From IMG/VR virus record IMGVR_UViG_3300045988_171964: 64,000 nucleotides of DNA. The stretch is one strand, 5' to 3'. The position numbers and the translations under genes are program-made. Within the stretch, counting starts at the first letter, position 1; the number at the start of each line of letters is the position of its first letter. Shown piece after piece: positions 61,444-64,000 of this stretch. Below the pieces are notes generated by a model that was not told the origin of the DNA, did no database searches, and was given only the letters and a program-made list of their open reading frames with translations. Source of the DNA: a virus.

Positions 61444-62571
61444 ATGTTTGAGGAGATATGTTCCATCTATCGGGATGCGAAAGATGCACTCGGAAGATAC
61501 GTCGATATGGAGACGGGCGAGTGCATCACGCAGATGTCTATCCGTGAGTTCTGTCTTACGGATAGATGGAAGCCGTATGTAGAGAAGCTGAGAGCCATGC
61601 GGCAGCAGTATGGTAGCAAGGCGAAGAAGATGCCGGAGTATATCGAAACCAAGAAGATGCTTCCAGGTGCCACACTGAGCGGTCTCTTCGCTACCTACGA
61701 GGACGATAGCCTTACCCATCCCGGCCAGCGTGTGATGGTTTCCAGAAGAGAAAGCCACCTTCAGCAGCATACCGGATGGCTGGCGATAGATATTGACCTT
61801 CAGGACAACGAGGGTATTGCCGATTTCGAGAATATCCGCAGGGTGTTGGCATTTCGCCCCGAAGTAGCCCTGCTGATGCGCTCCTGCTCCGGAACTGGAC
61901 TGTTTGGCTTGGTCCGTCTGGCTTATCCAGACCATCATAAAGAGCAGTTCAAGGCATTATTGCATGAATATGCTGCAATGGGTATCATGCTCGATGGCTC
62001 CTGCGGAAACATCGGACGCGTGCGCTTTGCCTCATGGGATGATCCTGCGCATATATATATTAATGAACGCGCGATTCCATATACCAAACTGCCCGATAAC
62101 GTACCTACACCAATGCCCGTGATGAACTATGCCAACACATATTTCAGTGGCAGCCATCCGACTGGTGTTGGCTATGGAGGCAGCTATCCGCATAGCGGAC
62201 AGGGCACCTACAGACGGGACACACCGGAAATCATCTATCGCAAAGCTTTGCGCCTTGTTGAGAAGATAGAGGCTCAAGGCATTGATATTTGTGCCGGAAA
62301 GGATGCTAATAGCGGTTATCTGGGTTGGGTGAAATGCGGCATGTCGCTTTACCATGTGGATAGAACGGCGGGTTATGACCTATGGAGAAGAGTTTCCCGC
62401 TTCCGTCCTGCTGACTCTACCTGCGGCCACAATGAAATGGATTTCCGCAAGCGATGGAACCAGTTCGCTAATTACAACAAGATTTCTGAGGCAACTTTCT
62501 TCGACTACTGCAAGCGGTCGGGCATCTTCCTCACCAGGGAAGACTGGAAAGAGATATATCAGAATACTTAG
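61444..62571 (+). CDS. VirE/BT4734-like N-terminal domain protein (primase-like), 375 aa
   Basis: KKMLPGATLSGLF...HTGWLAIDIDL matches the pattern of the BT4734/VirE_N family, recalled from memory and not searched. Confidence 0.6.
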   Translation: MFEEICSIYRDAKDALGRYVDMETGECITQMSIREFCLTDRWKPYVEKLRAMRQQYGSKAKKMPEYIETKKMLPGATLSGLFATYEDDSLTHPGQRVMVSRRESHLQQHTGWLAIDIDLQDNEGIADFENIRRVLAFRPEVALLMRSCSGTGLFGLVRLAYPDHHKEQFKALLHEYAAMGIMLDGSCGNIGRVRFASWDDPAHIYINERAIPYTKLPDNVPTPMPVMNYANTYFSGSHPTGVGYGGSYPHSGQGTYRRDTPEIIYRKALRLVEKIEAQGIDICAGKDANSGYLGWVKCGMSLYHVDRTAGYDLWRRVSRFRPADSTCGHNEMDFRKRWNQFANYNKISEATFFDYCKRSGIFLTREDWKEIYQNT

Positions 62572-62574
62572 AAA

Positions 62575-62608
62575 GCGCCTCCGTTCCCAGCGATTCTACC
62601 GCTGGTCC
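62575..62608 (+). repeat. Hairpin element copy 9 (short form)
   Basis: gcgcctccgttc-CCAGCGAT-tct-ACCGCTGG-tcc. The stem-loop is at 62587-62605 with one A-C mismatch. Confidence 0.85.
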
Positions 62609-62651
62609 ACAAGCAAGGAAAAATATTTTAATACATAAAAGATTAAAGATT

Positions 62652-62933
62652 ATGGCAAAAAGAAAAGTAAAAATCCCGAAGGGGTCATGGCTCGACCAGA
62701 ATGGTCAGCGATGGATGAAAGTAGTGTTCGATGTAATGTCCGGTTTCGGGGGGGGTGAAAAGTTCATCCGTCAGATCAATTTGGAATTCACCTGCAACTT
62801 CGATTTTGGACTGAAAAGATATATAGTTAATATGGGTGATTATGGTAATCTGCGAAACGTTGTTTTGCAGAAATACCCATCGCTGGCGAGATATGGAGAT
62901 TTTCACTTGGCGATGACTACTCATAAAATATAA
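62652..62933 (+). CDS. Hypothetical protein (93 aa), contains a G8 run in frame
   Basis: ORF preceded by attaaagatt ATG context. The G8 run is at 62748-62755. Confidence 0.55.
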   Translation: MAKRKVKIPKGSWLDQNGQRWMKVVFDVMSGFGGGEKFIRQINLEFTCNFDFGLKRYIVNMGDYGNLRNVVLQKYPSLARYGDFHLAMTTHKI

Positions 62934-62943
62934 AGATAAGATT

Positions 62944-63444
62944 ATGAAATTGATAACGATTATTGGTCCCTCTGGGGCTGGCAAGGACACGGTAGCAAAA
63001 ATGCTGTCTGATATTCTGGGATATGATGTGCTCTGTTCCTACACCACCCGTCCGATGCGGGAAGGTGAAGTTGACGGCAAGGAGCATCATTTTGTCAAGG
63101 AATGCAACGTTCCCAAAAGCGAAATGCTTGCTTATACCCGATACGGAAACTATGAGTATTGGACGGAGAAGAAACAGGTAGATGGTGCCGCCATTTACGT
63201 CATCGACGAGAAAGGACTGATGGAGCTGATGGAGCGCTGTCCGAAAGCCAAGATCATCACCGTCTATGTTTCGGCAAAGCCGGAAACTTTGAAGAAGCGT
63301 GGTATCTCTGAGGAACGTACCGACAGAGACCAGTATCGTGTTCAGATTGATTTCAACAGCTATGATTATGTGATACCAAACAACCGAACGATGCTTCATC
63401 TTTGGGACTACGTTGCGTTCGTAGCCAAGAAGATAAAAGAGTAG
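62944..63444 (+). CDS. Guanylate-kinase-like nucleoside monophosphate kinase (166 aa)
   Basis: P-loop GPSGAGKDT and YTTRPMREGEVDGKEHHFV, a Gmk signature. Confidence 0.75.
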   Translation: MKLITIIGPSGAGKDTVAKMLSDILGYDVLCSYTTRPMREGEVDGKEHHFVKECNVPKSEMLAYTRYGNYEYWTEKKQVDGAAIYVIDEKGLMELMERCPKAKIITVYVSAKPETLKKRGISEERTDRDQYRVQIDFNSYDYVIPNNRTMLHLWDYVAFVAKKIKE

Positions 63445-63679
63445 GATTTTTGCATTGCCAACTTTACTGTAAAGTAAGTTCAAAGTGAACATCCTGTACC
63501 GTTTCAGTACAGACTGAGTATAGACTGGGCACAAATAAAATAATGGCAAAAATAACTACCCATTCACCCATCGCTGGTATATCAGGCAAGCTGCATAAGA
63601 TAGGTAACATCTTTGCCTTTGTCTCCAATCGGTATGGCGTGATAGATTTTTAATATATAAACATCAAATAAGAAACAAT

Positions 63680-64000
63680 ATGAAAATGATAATTCCTGGT
63701 GTTGAGTGGTGGCCTCAGAAGACCGGCACTCAACAGGTTGCACGAGTAGGAAGAATCTGCTACAAGAGCAAAGCCAAACAGCCTGATGAGAAACTTTCTG
63801 AAGAAAAGAAAGAGGAGTTTCGGGAAGTACAGGCTGCAAAGTTGGTTAACCATTTCTGGAAGAGCGGTCATCGCTCTATGCTCCGTCATGGTACCATCTA
63901 TTTCTTCGTCAAGAATGACAACAAGCTGCCGAGGTCTCTCTGGTCTCTCCTCGTGGCTTCACCTTACATCAATTATGCGGTGAAGGATAAGAAGGTATGG
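63680..64000 (+). CDS. ThyX-like (flavin-dependent thymidylate synthase) N-terminal fragment, runs off the window end
   Basis: MKMIIPGVEWW...RICYKSKA...HFWKSGHRSMLRHGTIYFF resembles the ThyX N-terminal GH-S-x-x-EH region. The diagnostic RHR...S motif would lie beyond the window. Confidence 0.45.
   Translation, partial: MKMIIPGVEWWPQKTGTQQVARVGRICYKSKAKQPDEKLSEEKKEEFREVQAAKLVNHFWKSGHRSMLRHGTIYFFVKNDNKLPRSLWSLLVASPYINYAVKDKKVW

Noticed and set aside
62917-63549. 210-aa minus-strand ORF overlapping the guanylate-kinase-like gene
   Set aside because: The plus-strand ORF carries an unmistakable P-loop and Gmk signature. The antisense ORF has no recognisable features.
1-64000. Genome-wide TAG (or TGA) stop-codon reassignment
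   Set aside because: Very long ORFs (2072, 1226, 667, 592 and 459 aa) are intact under the standard code. Many well-delimited genes terminate at TAG directly before the next start. Only one suspicious in-frame TAG (4811) was found.
1-64000. Diversity-generating retroelement, retron, CRISPR-Cas, toxin-antitoxin or integrase/attP module
   Set aside because: No reverse-transcriptase, Cas, integrase or recombinase motifs were recognised in any frame, and no template/variable repeat pair was seen. Absence is judged by eye only.

Overview
This window looks like part of a Bacteroidota (Bacteroides/Prevotella-type) phage or phage-plasmid. Host-type TAnnTTTG -7 promoter boxes occur upstream of several operons, Shine-Dalgarno sites are absent, and start codons sit in A/T-rich contexts. 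Layout by region: (1) 1-410, a GC-rich 63/64-bp tandem array cut by the window edge. (2) 0.66-7.5 kb, about 13 small single-gene cassettes that share a hairpin plus 30-nt junction module. (3) 7.9-15.2 kb, hypothetical genes, including a clamp-like fusion protein. (4) 15.3-19.1 kb, a plasmid-type maintenance module: repeat tract, ParA, an RHH protein, 8 iterons and a Rep_3-like initiator. (5) 19.3-30.2 kb, a CI-like repressor switch, a DEDD exonuclease, a 1226-aa primase-helicase and DnaN. (6) 30.4-45.6 kb, about 40 tightly packed small genes, including two radical-SAM enzymes, ASCH, YopX, two GNAT-like proteins, a PD-(D/E)xK nuclease, a triplicated paralog family and tandem Cys-rich miniproteins. 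(7) 46-52.2 kb on the minus strand: TerL, two tandem paralogous DNA methyltransferases and a frameshifted PAPS-reductase-like gene. (8) 52.4-60.5 kb, a holin-like gene and a 2072-aa tape measure protein. (9) 60.5-64 kb, a repeat-rich non-coding region, a VirE/BT4734-like primase protein, a guanylate-kinase-like gene and a partial ThyX-like gene. The most unusual signal is a family of nine co-oriented hairpin elements (CCGTTC-CCAGCGAT-NNN-ATCGCTGG-TCC) with compensatory stem changes. Other repeat systems are (GGTAAAAA)n arrays, (TGTTGAA)4 arrays at operon 3' ends, conserved leader hairpins and a TAGCGTATG stop-start junction. All functional calls rest on motif recognition by eye; no database search was run.
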